Source: Octopus sinensis (Eukaryota). Taken from it: DNA of 64,000 bases. The notes under the pieces were generated by a model. The model did no database searches and had not been told where the DNA came from. It saw nothing but the letters and a program-made list of their open reading frames with translations. Position 1 is the stretch's first letter, and the number at the start of each line of letters is the position of its first letter. Of this stretch, positions 36,247-53,664 are shown piece after piece. The DNA is taken from positions 17,608,001 through 17,672,000 of the forward strand of contig NC_043005.1 in the NCBI RefSeq assembly GCF_006345805.1, read 5' to 3'. The translations under genes and the position numbers were made by a program.

Positions 36247-39241
36247 TATACATACATACATATGCATGTGAGTTAGAGTCAAAGGCCTTCATATGTCTCA
36301 TGAGACGATGGATTAGAACCAAGATAGCTGCTTTAAGGTACAAGCCTGCCAGTCTACAGCAAGTATTTTTTATAGAAAACCAACAGTTACCCCACATATG
36401 CAAGTCTTTCCTCTCCACACAAAAGACATTGTCCAATGAAAAGAACACAGAATTCAGGTAGCATAAGTCATTGTATATGATGCTCTAAAATGGCTGATAA
36501 TTCACTTTTTCTATGAGAATATAGCTGTGCATGTGCATGTGTGTGCATGCACACACATCCTCATAGAAAAGCAGATTTAGAAGGGTCCATTATGTGTTAA
36601 TATATACTGGTTTCATTTACACCAAGTAAATGGTTTCACTCAACTCCTATTTCTTGTAACATCAGAACTCAACTACAATGTAAACCAGTTTTCATATTAA
36701 CTTCTGTCAAAACACTTCTTTTTTTTTTTAAAGGAAAAGATAGTTCAAAGGAAATAATAGCAATGAGGAAATGTAACTGAATAGGTGAAATACTGAGCTA
36801 TTAGTTAAAGAGTTACATATTTAAATCAGCTGAAGGTATTTTGTTCAATTTAATACCACATAGTCTCAATCCGCAGGAAATGCAACAGGTAATGTTGAAG
36901 AAAGTTATGTTCATTTGACTGAATACTGTCCAAGGGTAGATCTTTGTCCCATTCCCCAAAGTTATAAATTAGAGAGATGTGCAATAGGCTTAATGATCTT
37001 TGTTGTTAAGGAACGGATTAAAAAAAGCTAGTGAGCCCCTGTGCAGACAAACAAATAAGCACTTCACTCTGGAATGCCAGACAATAAAAGTCACTGTAAA
37101 CACACTCATACAAAATATACATAAATCACTTAAAAACTTAGTTGTGACAGCTCTAGAGAAAAAAATTCAGATAATAATTTTAGTTGTGCTTTTACTCTCT
37201 TCAATTCAACATGAGACAGGCTATGCAGAACCTGACGAGAATAGTTTGAAACAAATGGTATCAAAGTTAATAATTTTGGCATAACCTTTTCCAATCATTA
37301 TAAAGCAAAATTAGTGTATGTGGGGGAAGAGGATGATTGAAAGACACTAAAAGAAAGTTACTCAAAAGGACCAGCTGCAGAAATTTAGATAAAGTAGGAT
37401 ACATCCCACTTTAAATAGTGTACACAATAGTCTTAATTTATTAAAGCTTCTTTTAAATACAGAGAAAGAAAACAAAGCTACCTTGTGGCCACTGCTAACA
37501 ACTCTAAATAAAAAGGGGGAGATAATTAAAAGAAATTAAGAAAAAAAATCAAGTGAATTCATGCTTAAGCAAAACAGAAAATGACAATCTGTTCTTCATT
37601 TGAAATTCTCTCTCCTTGTCATCTAATCAAAAAATAATTGTCTTCTTTACAGCTGAGTTATATTAACAGTAAGAAGAGTATGATTTAAATGTGGAAAAGA
37701 AAAAAAAAGCCCCAACAAATTTAAACCACTTCAGCTGGCAAAAAAAAAAAAGCAACGGTAAAATAGCATGGAAATGATTTCAATTATAATAATACATAAT
37801 GAGGTCTCTTGCAAGGAACAATTTTCAGGTAAACACTGCTCTCACTTTTAAACCTGAGAATACATATAGTTTTTCAACTCAGTATTGAAGCAATGAGTAC
37901 TCATTCTTTTTTTTTTTTTTTGTATAGCTTGAACAAGTCACACAAAATTAGTACTACTACTACATGTACTTATACACATACAAAAATAGGACTTCAGTTG
38001 CAGGTCAAGTGGTCAGGAGTGTTGAGGATGACAGTCCTTTTCTAACAAACCAGGATGTGATGTTGTCTTTCTGTAATAGCGTCATAATCTAGGATACCCA
38101 AACTCCTGTAATGCTAAAACAGCGATTTGATGACTGATGCAGCAAACTGCACTGGATTATTGCGGTATGCACAAATACACTTTGCAAACAGTTACAAGTT
38201 CAATCTCTACTGAAATATCTATATATCCATAAAAAGAGAATCAATATAATCAATGGATGGATGCAGGGATTAAAACTACACAATATCTAGTAGACAAGCC
38301 ATGAGACTTACCAATCTTGATGAAAAAGGAAAAAAAAATACAGCCACAACCTCTCTCAGAAAATTCCACCACTTAGCTTCTTCCTCAATTCTTTGAATGA
38401 GAGGGAAATTTAGTAGGAAGGTCAACTACAGTGACCTGCCAGGATTTTTGGCAGAAACTTTTTGAGAGAGGGAGAGGGAGAGATGAAGGGAGAAGTGACA
38501 GAAAATGAATGATTGTGTGACTGTCTATGTGGTGGTGATTGAGGGGGAGGGAGGGACAGAATTAGAAGACAATTGTATAGAATTTTTGTACTTGTTGATC
38601 AGAGGTGGAAAGGTCAGTTTCCACAACCTTTGCAATCTCTCCCAGACCAGTGACACACAACAGAACCGAAAAAAAAAATATATACTGAATAGATAATGGA
38701 TCTAGTGAGAAGGCTTGCATATAGGTTAAGGGTTAGCTCTACTAAAGACAAAGAGCAAGTGTTAAACACCGCAGTTTAATACCACAAGGGATGGTGTTAA
38801 ATCGTGCAGCATAAAATGAGGGCCATGGTTTTTCATTGTGGCACCCAAAGTTCCTGGAACTAGACCAGCCACCATACAAAATATATGAAGGCATCAGTCA
38901 GGTTTGCTCCATTGTTTGCAAGCACATTAATTTCATACATATTTCCTTTCATCAGGCAAGAGTCAACCTTTATCATCTATTATAAATTCAATGGACTGTT
39001 TTACAGATATATAAAACATTTGATTATTTAGAATGATCATTTTCTCTTTCTCTCTCTCAAATACACACAGTAATCCCACCTCCCAAATAATAATCATCAT
39101 CACTTAACATCGTTTACTTCACTTAGCTTTACATGTCTTCAAGCACAGCAAATCACCAGAAGTCTTGGTCACTTGTCATCACCTTTGAAAAACTCAACAC
39201 CTGAAGATCGTATTTCACCACCTTCTTACACATTTTTTTTT

Positions 39242-39461
39242 TTAACTCTTTAGTGTTCGCATTATTCAGCCAAAACTAATGCTTTTTTATCCACATTGTT
39301 TTGAACTAATCATGCATCATCTTGTAGCTGTAAGATTTTGATGAGGTAGCTGTTTAATTTTAAAAACGATATTGTAGGGTAGGTGTGAGAGACCAGATCT
39401 GGTCAGTTTGACCATAAAACAGGCAGAATACTTATGTCCGGATTAAATGCTAAAGGGTTAA
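39242..39461 (+). mobile_element. piggyBac-like MITE family P1
   Basis: ttaactctttagtgtt...aatgctaaagggttaa; colinear with the other P1 copies. Confidence 0.75.
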
Positions 39462-39694
39462 GGTTTAAGAAAACACCATGATTGAACAAAACAACAATGG
39501 TTCTGAACCAATCACCACTAAATATAAATACATACTAGTCTTACCTTATGCACCAACTTGCTTTCTACTCACACCTCTAACAGGTAACAGTTCAACAATA
39601 GTCAACTAAGCTAAATAAATAAGATTTTGAGGGTGGGGCACATGTAAAGTTATACTTTTGGATCCATTTATTGTTATTCTGAATAATAATAATA

Positions 39695-39728
<34 letters not shown>

Positions 39729-40976
39729 GCAAACACTGACAAACAGAGGACAAGACAAGTCACTATGAAAGCCTCTATACAGTGTTGCAAGACTTGCAAG
39801 GAATAGCAACCAAATACCACTCAAAGCATATATTACCATGTTAAAATGAAGGACATATTAGAAAACGTAGTCCTGGGTACAAGTGTCAGAGTAGAGAGGA
39901 ACCTAAAATGAGATGGACATCTCTGAATCTCCTTCGATCATAGATCTGTTCAAGAAAGGCTGACATTGATTTCAACAAGTAATGTAATCACATCCTAAAA
40001 GAATACTGCAAGTACTTCAGATATCTAGAGTTTCTGGGAAATTGTACATTATTAATTAAGCTGGATTTTTATAAGAATTATGAATATGATGTAAATACGA
40101 TCTGGAATGTGGTTGGGGATTGTGTTTTTAAAATGAAAATGAATGTAAATCACAAGAGTAAATAACAAGAAAACTATCAGTCGCACCACACCCACTTTTG
40201 AACAGCCAACTGTCATCATATAGACTACCACAAAGAGTCTTAAGACAAACAAGACATTGCACTGTTGAACATATGTGACATTAACCAGGATATGCATTTC
40301 TCACCCACAAGTTAGTCATTATCTTCTTTTGATTTGATCTTGCATATTTCCTGAAATGCTTGTACTCACACATCCTTACACACTCATGCACAGCCATGTG
40401 GTTGTGTGAGTAGGTGTATATTTAGCCTCCATATTCCATGTTGGCATGGGTTAGGTGATTTGACTCAATCCGACAGGACAGTAAACTACATCGAGCACCA
40501 ATGTCTGGTGTTAGGAAAGGCATCTGGCTTCAGAAGCCATGCCAAAACAACCATATTGCAGAGTGCTTTTGCATGTCACTAGCACCAGTGAGGTTGCCAA
40601 GTAGTTTGCAAGTCTACGATAGGATAGGAAAAGGTGCCTTGCTGTAAAGAAGATACATAGTTACCCCAGGTGAAAAAGGGGACAGTGTGCGTATATACAC
40701 ACACACACACACACATACACACAATTTTTAGTTGTTTTTCCATGCTTGCATGAGTTAGATGGGTTCTTTTCCAACACAGCATCTCACCATTTGTTACATT
40801 CTTTTACCATTTCTTCTGTGAGATCAGCTTTTACCATCTTCCGTCCATGTTTTTCTTTATCTTCCTTTTCTACAGTCTCCTATCTAATATCCTGGCGCTT
40901 CTCCAGCTATCTATTTCCTCTATACACCTCACATCTGCATAAACATGTCTTTGCTCTTACAACTAATTTATAATTT

Positions 40977-42036
40977 GTATATATATACATATATACATAT
41001 ATATATACATATATATACACATATACATACATATACATATACATACATATACATATACATACACATATACATATACACATACACATATACACATACACAT
41101 ATACACATATACATATACACATACACACATACACATACACATATACATATACACATATACATATACACATATATATATACACATATATATATACACACAT
41201 ATATATACACACACATATATATATACACATATATATATACACATATATATATACACATATATATATACACATATATACACACATATATACACACATATAT
41301 ACACACATATATACACACATATATACACATATATATATACACATATATATACACATATATATATATACATATATATACATACATATACATACATACATAT
41401 ACATACATATATATACATATATATATATACATATATATATACATATATATATACACATATATATATACACATATATATATACACATATATATATACATAT
41501 ATATACATACACATATATATAACATATATATACATACATACATATACATACATACATATACATACATACATATATATATACTACATATATATACATATAT
41601 ATATATACATATATATTATACATACATATACATACATACATATATATACATATATATATATACATATATATATACATATATATATACATATATATATATA
41701 CATATATATATACATATATATATATACATATATTATATATACATATATTATATATACATATATATATACATATATATATATACATATACAATATATTATA
41801 CAAATACATATATATATATACATATACATATATATATAATACATATATATATATACATATACATATATATACATATATATACATATATATATATACATAT
41901 ACATATACATATATACATATACATATATACATATACATATATACATATATATATATACATATACATATATATATATATACATATACATATATATATATAT
42001 ACATATACATATATACATATATATATATACATATAC

Positions 42037-42067
<31 letters not shown>

Positions 42068-42717
42068 CATATATATATATACATATACATATATACATAT
42101 ATACATATACATATATACATATATACATATACACATATACATATATACATATATACATATACATATATATATATATACATACATATATACATATATACAT
42201 ATACATATATATACATATACATATATAATATTATATACATATATATATATACATATATATACATATACATATATATATATACATATATACATATACATAT
42301 ATACATATACACATATATATATATACATATACATATATATACATATACATATACATATATATACATATACATATACATATATACACATATACATATACAT
42401 ATATACATATATATATATATACATATACATACATATACATATACATATATACATATATATATATATACATATACATACATATACATATATATACATATAC
42501 ATATATATACATATACATATATACATATACATATATACATATACATATATACATATATACATATACATATATATATATACATATACATATATACATATAC
42601 ATATACATATATACATATACATATATACATATACATATATACATATACACATATACATATACACATATACATATATACATATACATATATACATATACAT
42701 ATATACATATACATATA

Positions 42718-42776
<59 letters not shown>

Positions 42777-44122
42777 ACATATATACATATAATATTACAT
42801 ATACATATATACATATACATATACATATATACATATACATAATATATACCATATAACAATACATATACACATATACACATATACATATATACACATATAC
42901 ATATACATATATATATATACACATATACATATATATATACACATATACATATATACATATATATAATATATACATACTATACATATATTATATCATATAC
43001 ATATATATACATATATACATATATATACATACACATATATATATCTATATATATAATATATATATACCATATACATATATCACAATATATATACATATAC
43101 ATACATATATACATATACATATATATACATATACTATATATACATATACATACATATACATATATATACATATACATATATATACATATATATACATAAC
43201 ATATACATATTACATATACATATATACATATACATATATATATATATACATATATACATATATATATATACATATATACATATACATATATACATATACA
43301 TTATAATATATACATATATACATATATATATATACATATATACATATACATATATATACATATATATAACATATATATATAACATATATATATATACATA
43401 TAATACATATATACATATACATATATACATATACATATATATACATATATACATATACATACATATATACATATACATATATACATATACACATATACAT
43501 ATATACATATACATATATACATATACATATATACATATACATATATACATATACATATATACATATACATATATATACATATATACATATATACATATAC
43601 ATATATATACATATACATACATATACATATACATACATATACATATATACATATACATATATATACATATACATATATACATATACATATATACATATAC
43701 ATACATATACATATATACATATACATATACATATATACATATACATATATACATATACATATATACATATACATATATATACATATACATATATATACAT
43801 ATATATATATATACATATATATATATACATATACATATATATACATATATATACATATACATATATATACATATACATATATATACATATACATATATAT
43901 ATACATATATATACATATATATATACATATATATACATATACATATATATACATATATATACATATACATATATATACATATACATATATATATACATAT
44001 ATATATACATATATATACATATACATATATATACATATATATACATATACATATATATACATATACATATACATATACATATATATACATATATATACAT
44101 ATATATACATATACATACATAC

Positions 44123-44158
<36 letters not shown>

Positions 44159-44510
44159 ACATATATATATACATACATATATATATATATTTGGACAAAC
44201 TCCTTCAAACAGTACCGGACAAACCAACCACACACCGATATGTCTCCGCAAACAATAACTCTCTGCTCGAATGGCCTTGGTGCCCAAATCCTGAATGAAA
44301 GACTTCGCCAGGTGGTGCTATTAAGTTAGACATGGCCTGGGCCCAATACTGGCCAAAAATCTTTCTAAGTTATACATACATATATATATATATACATATA
44401 CATATACATACATACATTAATATACATATATATACATATACATATACATACATACATACATATATATACATATACATACATACATACATACACATACATA
44501 CATACATACA

Positions 44511-44542
<32 letters not shown>

Positions 44543-45308
44543 CACACACACATATACACATACACATATATATATACACATATATATACACACATATATA
44601 TACACACATATATATACACACACATATATACACACACATATATACACACACATATATACACACACATATATACACACACATATATACACACACATATATA
44701 CACACACATATATACACACACATATATACACACACATATATACACACACATATATACACACACATATTATACACAACATATATACACACCATATATACAC
44801 ACACATATATACACACACATATATACACACACATATATACACACACATATATACACACACATATACAACCACATATATACACACACATATATATATACAC
44901 ATATATATATACACATATATATATACACATATATATACACATATATATACACATATATATATAACCATATATATAGAACACATATAGATATACAATATAT
45001 ATATACACATATATATATACACATATATATATACACATATATATACACATATATATATACACATATATATATACACATATATATATACACACATATATAT
45101 ATACACATATACATAGATTATATATACATATACATAGATAGATATATATACATATATACATAGATATATATATACATATATACATAGATATATATATACA
45201 TATAGATATATCTATACATATATATATATACATATATATATATACATATATATATATACATATATATATAGATACATATATATATATACATACATATATA
45301 TATACATA

Positions 45309-45345
<37 letters not shown>

Positions 45346-45365
45346 CATACATATATATTATAGAC

Positions 45366-45398
<33 letters not shown>

Positions 45399-46352
45399 AC
45401 TACATATATATATACATATATATATATATACATACATATATAGATATACATATATATATAATATATATACATACATAGATATTACAATATATATATTACA
45501 TACATATATAATATACATACATCTATAATATATATATATATACATACATACATAATATAATATATAGTATATACATAAGATATATATATATATATATATA
45601 TACATACATACATATATATAGATATATATACATACATATATATACATACTATAATTACATATACATACATACATATATATATACATATACATACATACAT
45701 ATATATATACATACATACATACATATATATATACATACATACATAGATATATACTACATACATATATTATATATATACATACCATATACATACATAAATA
45801 TATAGATACATACATACATATATATATACATACATACATATATATATATATACATACATACATATATATATACATACATACATATATATATATATACATA
45901 CATATACATACATATATATATACATATAATATATTATATATACATAACATACATATATATATATATACATACATTCTACATATATACTACATACATATAT
46001 AGATATACATAAATACATATATATATATATACATACATATATATATATATACATACATATATATATATATATCATACATATATATATCATATATATATAT
46101 ATATATACATACATACATATATATATATATACATACTATATATATACATATATATATATATATATACATACATACATATATATATACATACATAACATAT
46201 ATATATACATACATATATATATACATACATATATATATACATATATATATATATACATATACATATATATATACATATACATATATATATACATATATAT
46301 ATATATACATATATATTACATATATATATATATACATATATATATATATTAC

Positions 46353-46403
<51 letters not shown>

Positions 46404-47726
46404 CATTATATATAATACATATAATATATATATACATAATATATATATATACATACATATATATATATATACATACATATTATATATATATATACATACA
46501 TATATATATATATACATACATATATATATATATATACATACTATATATATCTATATATACATACATAAATATATATATTTAATACATACCTAATATATAT
46601 ATACATACATATTATATATATATACATACATATATATATATAAATACATATATATATATATATACATACATTATATATATAATATATATATTATAATATA
46701 CATACATACTATATATATTATCATACATACATACATATATACTACATACATATATACATATATATATACATACATATATATATATATATATACATACATA
46801 TATATATATATATAACATATACAGAATATATACATACATACATATATATATATATAGACATACATACATAATATATATACATACATACATATATTATATA
46901 TACATACATACATATATATATATACATACATACATATATATATCCATACATACATATATATATATACATACATACATATATATATATACATACATACATA
47001 TATATATATACATACATATATATATATATACATACATAATATATATATATACATACATTATATATATATATACACATACATTATTATTATATACATATAA
47101 CAATATATATATATACACATACCTATATATATATACAACCATAAACATAATATTATATACACATACATATATATATATACACATACATATATAATACAAA
47201 CATACATATATATATACACACACATATATATACACACACATATATATACAACATATATATATACACATATATATATATACAGATATATATATACACATAT
47301 ATATATACACATATATATATATACACATATATATATACACATATATATATACAATATATATATACACAATTATATATACAATATATATATATACACATAT
47401 ATATATACACATATATATATACACATATATATAACACATATATATATATACACATATATATATCACAACATATATTATACACACATATATATATACACAT
47501 ATATATATACACATATATATATACATATATATATATACATAATATATCACATATATATATACATATAATATACACATATATATATACACATATATATATA
47601 CATATATATATACACATATATATACACATATATATATACACATATATATACATATATATATATACATATATATATATACATATATACATATACATATATA
47701 CATATACATATATACATATACATATA

Positions 47727-47792
<66 letters not shown>

Positions 47793-47821
47793 CATATACA
47801 TATATACATATACATATATAT

Positions 47822-47854
<33 letters not shown>

Positions 47855-48158
47855 ACATATATTACATATACATAATATACATATATATATATACATATAT
47901 ATATACATATATATATATACATATATATTATACATATATATATATACACACATATATATATACATATATATATATACATATATATATATACAAATATATA
48001 TACACATATATATATATACACATATATATATATACACATATATATATAACACATATATATACATATATATATATATACATATATATATACATATACATAT
48101 ATATATATACATATACATATAATATACATATCATATATATATACATATACAATATATA

Positions 48159-48191
<33 letters not shown>

Positions 48192-48255
48192 ACATATATA
48201 ATACATATACATATTTTTACATATACATATACATATACATAATATATACATATAC

Positions 48256-48288
<33 letters not shown>

Positions 48289-48923
48289 CATATATATGTA
48301 CATATATATACATTAATATATACATATATACATACATACATATATACTACATACATATATATATACATACATATATATATACATACAGATATATATACAT
48401 ACATATATATATACCTACATATATATATACATAATATATATACATACATATATATAACATACATATATATATACATACATATATATATACATACATATAT
48501 ATATACATACATCTATATATACATACATATATATATACATACATACATATATACATACATACATATACCACATACATATATACATACATACATATATACA
48601 TACATACATATATACATACATACATATATACATACATACATATATACATACATACATATATACATACATACATATATACATACATACATATATACATACA
48701 TTACATATATACATACATACATACATATATACATACATACAGACATACATTCATACATATATATACATACATATATACATACATATATTATACATACATA
48801 TATACATACATATATATATACATACATATATACAGACATATATATATACATACATATATATATACATACATATATATACATACAGATATATATATATATA
48901 CATATATATAGTATATATATACA

Positions 48924-48957
<34 letters not shown>

Positions 48958-49451
48958 ATATATAATATATATATACATATATATATACACATATATATAT
49001 ACACATATATATATACACATAATATATACACATATATATAACATATATATATATACATATATATATATACATCTATATATATATACATATATAATATACA
49101 TATATATATATACATATATATATATATACATATATATATATACATACATTATATAAACATATATATATATACACATATATATATATACATATATATACTA
49201 TACATATTAATATATATATATATTACAATATATATATACATATTATATTATATATCATATATATAAATATATCAATAGATTATATAAATATATATATATA
49301 TACATATATATATATACACATATATATATATAACATATTATATATATACTATATATATATATACATATATATATATTACACATATATATATATACATTAT
49401 ATATATATATACATATATACACATATATATATATACATATATAATATATAC

Positions 49452-49498
<47 letters not shown>

Positions 49499-49911
49499 CA
49501 TTATATATAATACACATATATATATATACATATATATATATATACATATATACACATATATATAATATACATATATATATATATACATATAATATATATA
49601 CATATATATATATATACATATATACACATATATATATATATATAATAACATATATCAACATATATATTATATATACATATATACATATATTACATATATA
49701 TATAACATATATACATATATATATATACATATATATATACATATATATATACATATATATATACAGATATATATACATATATATAACATATATATACACA
49801 TATATATACATATATATATATACATATATATACATATTAATATATTACATATACATATATACATACATACATATATACATACATACATATACATATATAC
49901 ATACATATATA
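40977..49911. repeat. ~9-kb compound TA/TACA/CA microsatellite
   Basis: Almost only T, A and C on the + strand; local periods of 2, 4, 6 and 14; interrupted at 44191-44372. Confidence 0.98.
44191..44372 (+). mobile_element. Short 3'-end copy of the CR1-group LINE family
   Basis: Colinear but diverged match to 53067-53270 (ttggaca, tgcccaaat, gaaagacttc.ccaggtggtgcta, aagttagacatggcctggg). Confidence 0.88.
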
Positions 49912-52900
49912 TGCTGCAGTAATGCTGGTCCAGTCTTTTCAGGAAGACACAAAAAACAACAAACAACAAAAGTGGAAACTACAACCCTATCCAACAGTGC
50001 AACCCACACTCCAGCCAAAAAAACTGCTCCCTAAGCAGGAAATTCTTTTTTAGCCATGTTGAAACATGGCAAAAGAGATACACAAAAACATTCTAGCCAT
50101 CACTCAACACCATCCTATGCTATTACCCCAGTGCACCAATTCCCCACATTGCTGCCACTAACACACACAAAAATCCAAGCCCCCTGCAACAGCCAAAACC
50201 AGCCACTACACACTAACCTCCACATTCTACTCAATGCACAAGGTGTCAGCCCTTCCATCAATGCACAAAAATGGAAGGTCCAATTCATTGAAGACGGGTT
50301 TGGAAAACAATTCACACCACATCCCTTTCTTCATTCTCACTGAGACCCACCTTGACCAACTCCCACTTGGAAGCCGAAGTGAGAGTGAAAGAATTTCACA
50401 ACCATCCGCGCGGATCGTATCGCAGGAGGAGGGGGTGGAACTGCCATTTTCCTGCATGATTCATTTACGGCAGATGGAAATAGTATATTCTCCAACGGCT
50501 ACTGTGAATCAGTCACCGTGCACAACAAAGCCAATGATCTGACAGTAATATTGGGCTCTATAGGCCGCCCCAAACACCCATACTGTGCTTTAAAGAATGC
50601 TCAAACAGGCATTAAGTGCTTATTCAACAGGCCATTCTAGCAACATACTCATGATGGGAGACTTCAATCTACCCTGTGTTGACTGGACTACAAACTGTTT
50701 GAAAAACCAAGCACTCCCGCCTCAACGCTGACAAAGAAGCAGCAGAGTCACTTTTCGACTTTACGAAGGAGTTTTTCTTGTCCAACTTGTCCTTGCACCA
50801 AAAGACATCAGAACATTTGGACCTAGTGTTTAGTAGTAACACACTAACACTACCATAAAACGTTACAGTGGAAAAAACCCTTCTTTCAGACCATGACATG
50901 GTCTCTGTAACATGAAATTCCACAGCCGAAAGCTAATCCTAGTGACCTTCCTCCAGCCCACCCATTTGACAACATGGATCTCCATTAAAGCCAACTGGGA
51001 TGCAATCAGGAACGAGCTATCAAATGTTGACTGGTCCTTTACATATACACACATCTCCACCAACCATAAAAACATCTTGGCAGATCTTTGTAGAACCGTC
51101 ACAGACATATGTGCAAACACTCCCACCAAGACCTGTGAACAAAAAGTGCAGAATCCCCAAAACAGAAAAACCATTATCAGAAAAATAAAAAGAACAAACA
51201 AAAAATTAACAAAAAACTAAAGTACTGCCAACAGCAACACACAATTCGACGGCTATCGCACTGCTTGAATCCAAAAAATATAACCTCCAACAATGCATGA
51301 AGTCCCTCATCAATAACCAAAGATCAGCTGAGGAGAAGTGGGCATTGAAAAATCAAAACTCAACCCCAAAGTGTTCTTTTCATTGGAGGAGGAAACGCAG
51401 GGTCACTGTCTCCACTGTAGGCCCTATAATTGACGAAACTGGCACTCTCCAAGATAATGCCAAATCCATGGCCGAGATACTGCAGGAGAAACAATACTGC
51501 TCGTTTTCAGCAATCCTGATATGGCCGATAGGGCTGTATCAGTGATGTCAACCCCAACAACACACTATATCGGACATAATTTTAGTGCCCCTGATGTCTA
51601 GCGGCGATAAACGAAATAAAACACAATTCGCAGTAGTAGGCCGATGGTTCCCTGCTTGTGTCCTGAAGGTGTGTCGACACCAACTTGATCTCCCCTTGTA
51701 ATTGTGGAGAAACTCACTGGATGCTGGCTATATTCCAAAAAACCTTCTGTCCCAGTCTTTCTGTTGTCCCAGTTTTCAAAAAGGGAAACAAGTCCCTTGC
51801 AGTGAATTACCGTCCGATCTCACTCACCTCTCATATCATCAAGGTATTTGAGAGGGTGGTGAGATCTCAAATAACCCAATTTCTGGAAAGCAACAGACGG
51901 CTGATCTCCAAACAACATGGGTTCCGTAATGGAAGGGACTGCCTTAACGCAGCTCCTGCATCACTTGAGGACATTTTGAGAGCTTTGGAGAGGCTCCAAC
52001 ACCGATGTCATCTACCTTGATTCAGTAAGGCCTTCGACAGGGTCGATCACAAGATTCCTATTGAAAAAACTATCCAACATTGGTGTCTCTGGAAAGTTAC
52101 TGAAATGGATATAAGTGTTTCCTGACAGACAGATCTCAACATGTTGTAGTTGAAGGGTTGTTAAAATCAAGCCCAGCCAAAGTCAGTAGTGGCGTTCCGC
52201 AGGCACTGTGATGGGCCCACTTCTTTTCATCCTTACATATAATGACATTAATGACATCATCAGCACAGCAAAATAAAAATCTTTGCAGATGACTCCAAGC
52301 TACAGAAGGTCATAAATGAGGCGAGTGACCGGACATGCCTTCAGTCAGATCTACTGGCTGTTATCCAATGGGCAGGAAAAAAACAATATGCTGCTGAACG
52401 AGGATAAATTTGAGCTAATCCACTTTGGAAAAAGAGGATGCCCTGAAACTCCCATACTCCCTTCCTTCAGGGAGTGAAAACTCTCGCGGCGTCCAACAAA
52501 CATCAGAGACTTTGGAGTTAATTGTGGACAACAACGTAAGCTGGGCCACTCATATAAACACCAAAGTTGACATGGCCCGCAGAATGTGTCCTGGATTCTC
52601 AGAACTTTCCAGTCGAGAGATATCCACACCATTATCCTTCTCTTCTCCACTTTTGCCCGACCCACCTTGAATTACTGTGTCCACTGTGGTCTCCCCACAC
52701 AATACAAGGTATCAAAAAAAGTCGAAGCACTCAAAGGGCAATCACAAAAAAGATAGATGGCATGACAGGCCTCAACTATGGGGGTCGACTAGAAAAGCTA
52801 AAAACTCTATTCTTCCAACGTCGTCGTGAGCGCTACATCATCTGCATGATGTGGAAAATATTCCATCAGCATTTGCCCAAATGAGGTGGCATCACCTTTA

Positions 52901-53270
52901 AGGTACATCCAAGGCTTGGGCCCCGTGCATCCGCCCAAACAAAAAGGCAACTCTCATCTCATAACAACAATACGGCACAATTATTTCACCTCAATGGCCC
53001 CGCTCTCTTTAACATTACACCAAACACATTAAAACAGAAACTGACCCTATAGGGTTCAAGAAGTCTTTGGACAGATTCCTTCAAGAAATCCCGGATAAAC
53101 CCCCTACCCCGGATATGTCTCTCTGTGTAAACACTTAACCTCTACTTGAGTGGGCCATAGTGCCCAAATTCTGACTGAAAGACTTCACCAGGTGGTGCTA
53201 ATTTAAGTTAGACATGGCCTGGGCCAATAATGGCCGAAACCTATCAAAGTATCAAAGTTATCAAAAGTAT
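49912..53270 (+). mobile_element. CR1-group LINE (APE endonuclease + RT), near-complete ORF2, frameshifted
   Basis: Endonuclease motifs LTETHL, MGDFNLP, LDLVF and SDH; RT motifs NYRPISLTS, QHGFR, YLDFSKAFDRVDH, SGVPQ, GPLLF and FADDSKL; QRRRERY; 3' stem-loop and a (TATCAAAG)x3-like tail. Confidence 0.92.
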
Positions 53271-53626
53271 ATACATACTATAATATACATATTATATACA
53301 TACATACCATATATATAATTATATATATATACATATATATATACATATATATATACACATATATATATACATATATATACTATATATACAGATATATATG
53401 AATACATATATTACTGAATATACATTACATATATACATATATATATATATACATATAGATATACTTATATACATACATACATATATACATAATATATATA
53501 TACCTATATATATACATATTTATATACATACATATATATTATACATACATATATACATATATATAACATGATATATATATACATTAGATATATATATACA
53601 TAGATATATATATACATACATATATA

Positions 53627-53663
<37 letters not shown>

Positions 53664-53664
53664 T
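53271..53664. repeat. TA/TACA microsatellite on the right flank of the LINE
   Basis: Same composition as 40977-49911. Confidence 0.95.

Noticed and set aside
37225-37265. CTGACGA...GAAAC...GTA hammerhead-like spacing
   Set aside because: Stem II is weak and no stem I pairing is found; probably chance or fully decayed.
40907-49969. Dozens of long Y/I/M/C/V/H/T-rich ORFs
   Set aside because: Translations of microsatellite that happens to lack stop codons; not genes.
53170-53242. Hammerhead in the LINE 3' UTR (ggcc...ggccGAAAC)
   Set aside because: No CUGANGA adjacent to the hairpin, and the second copy lacks GAAAC.
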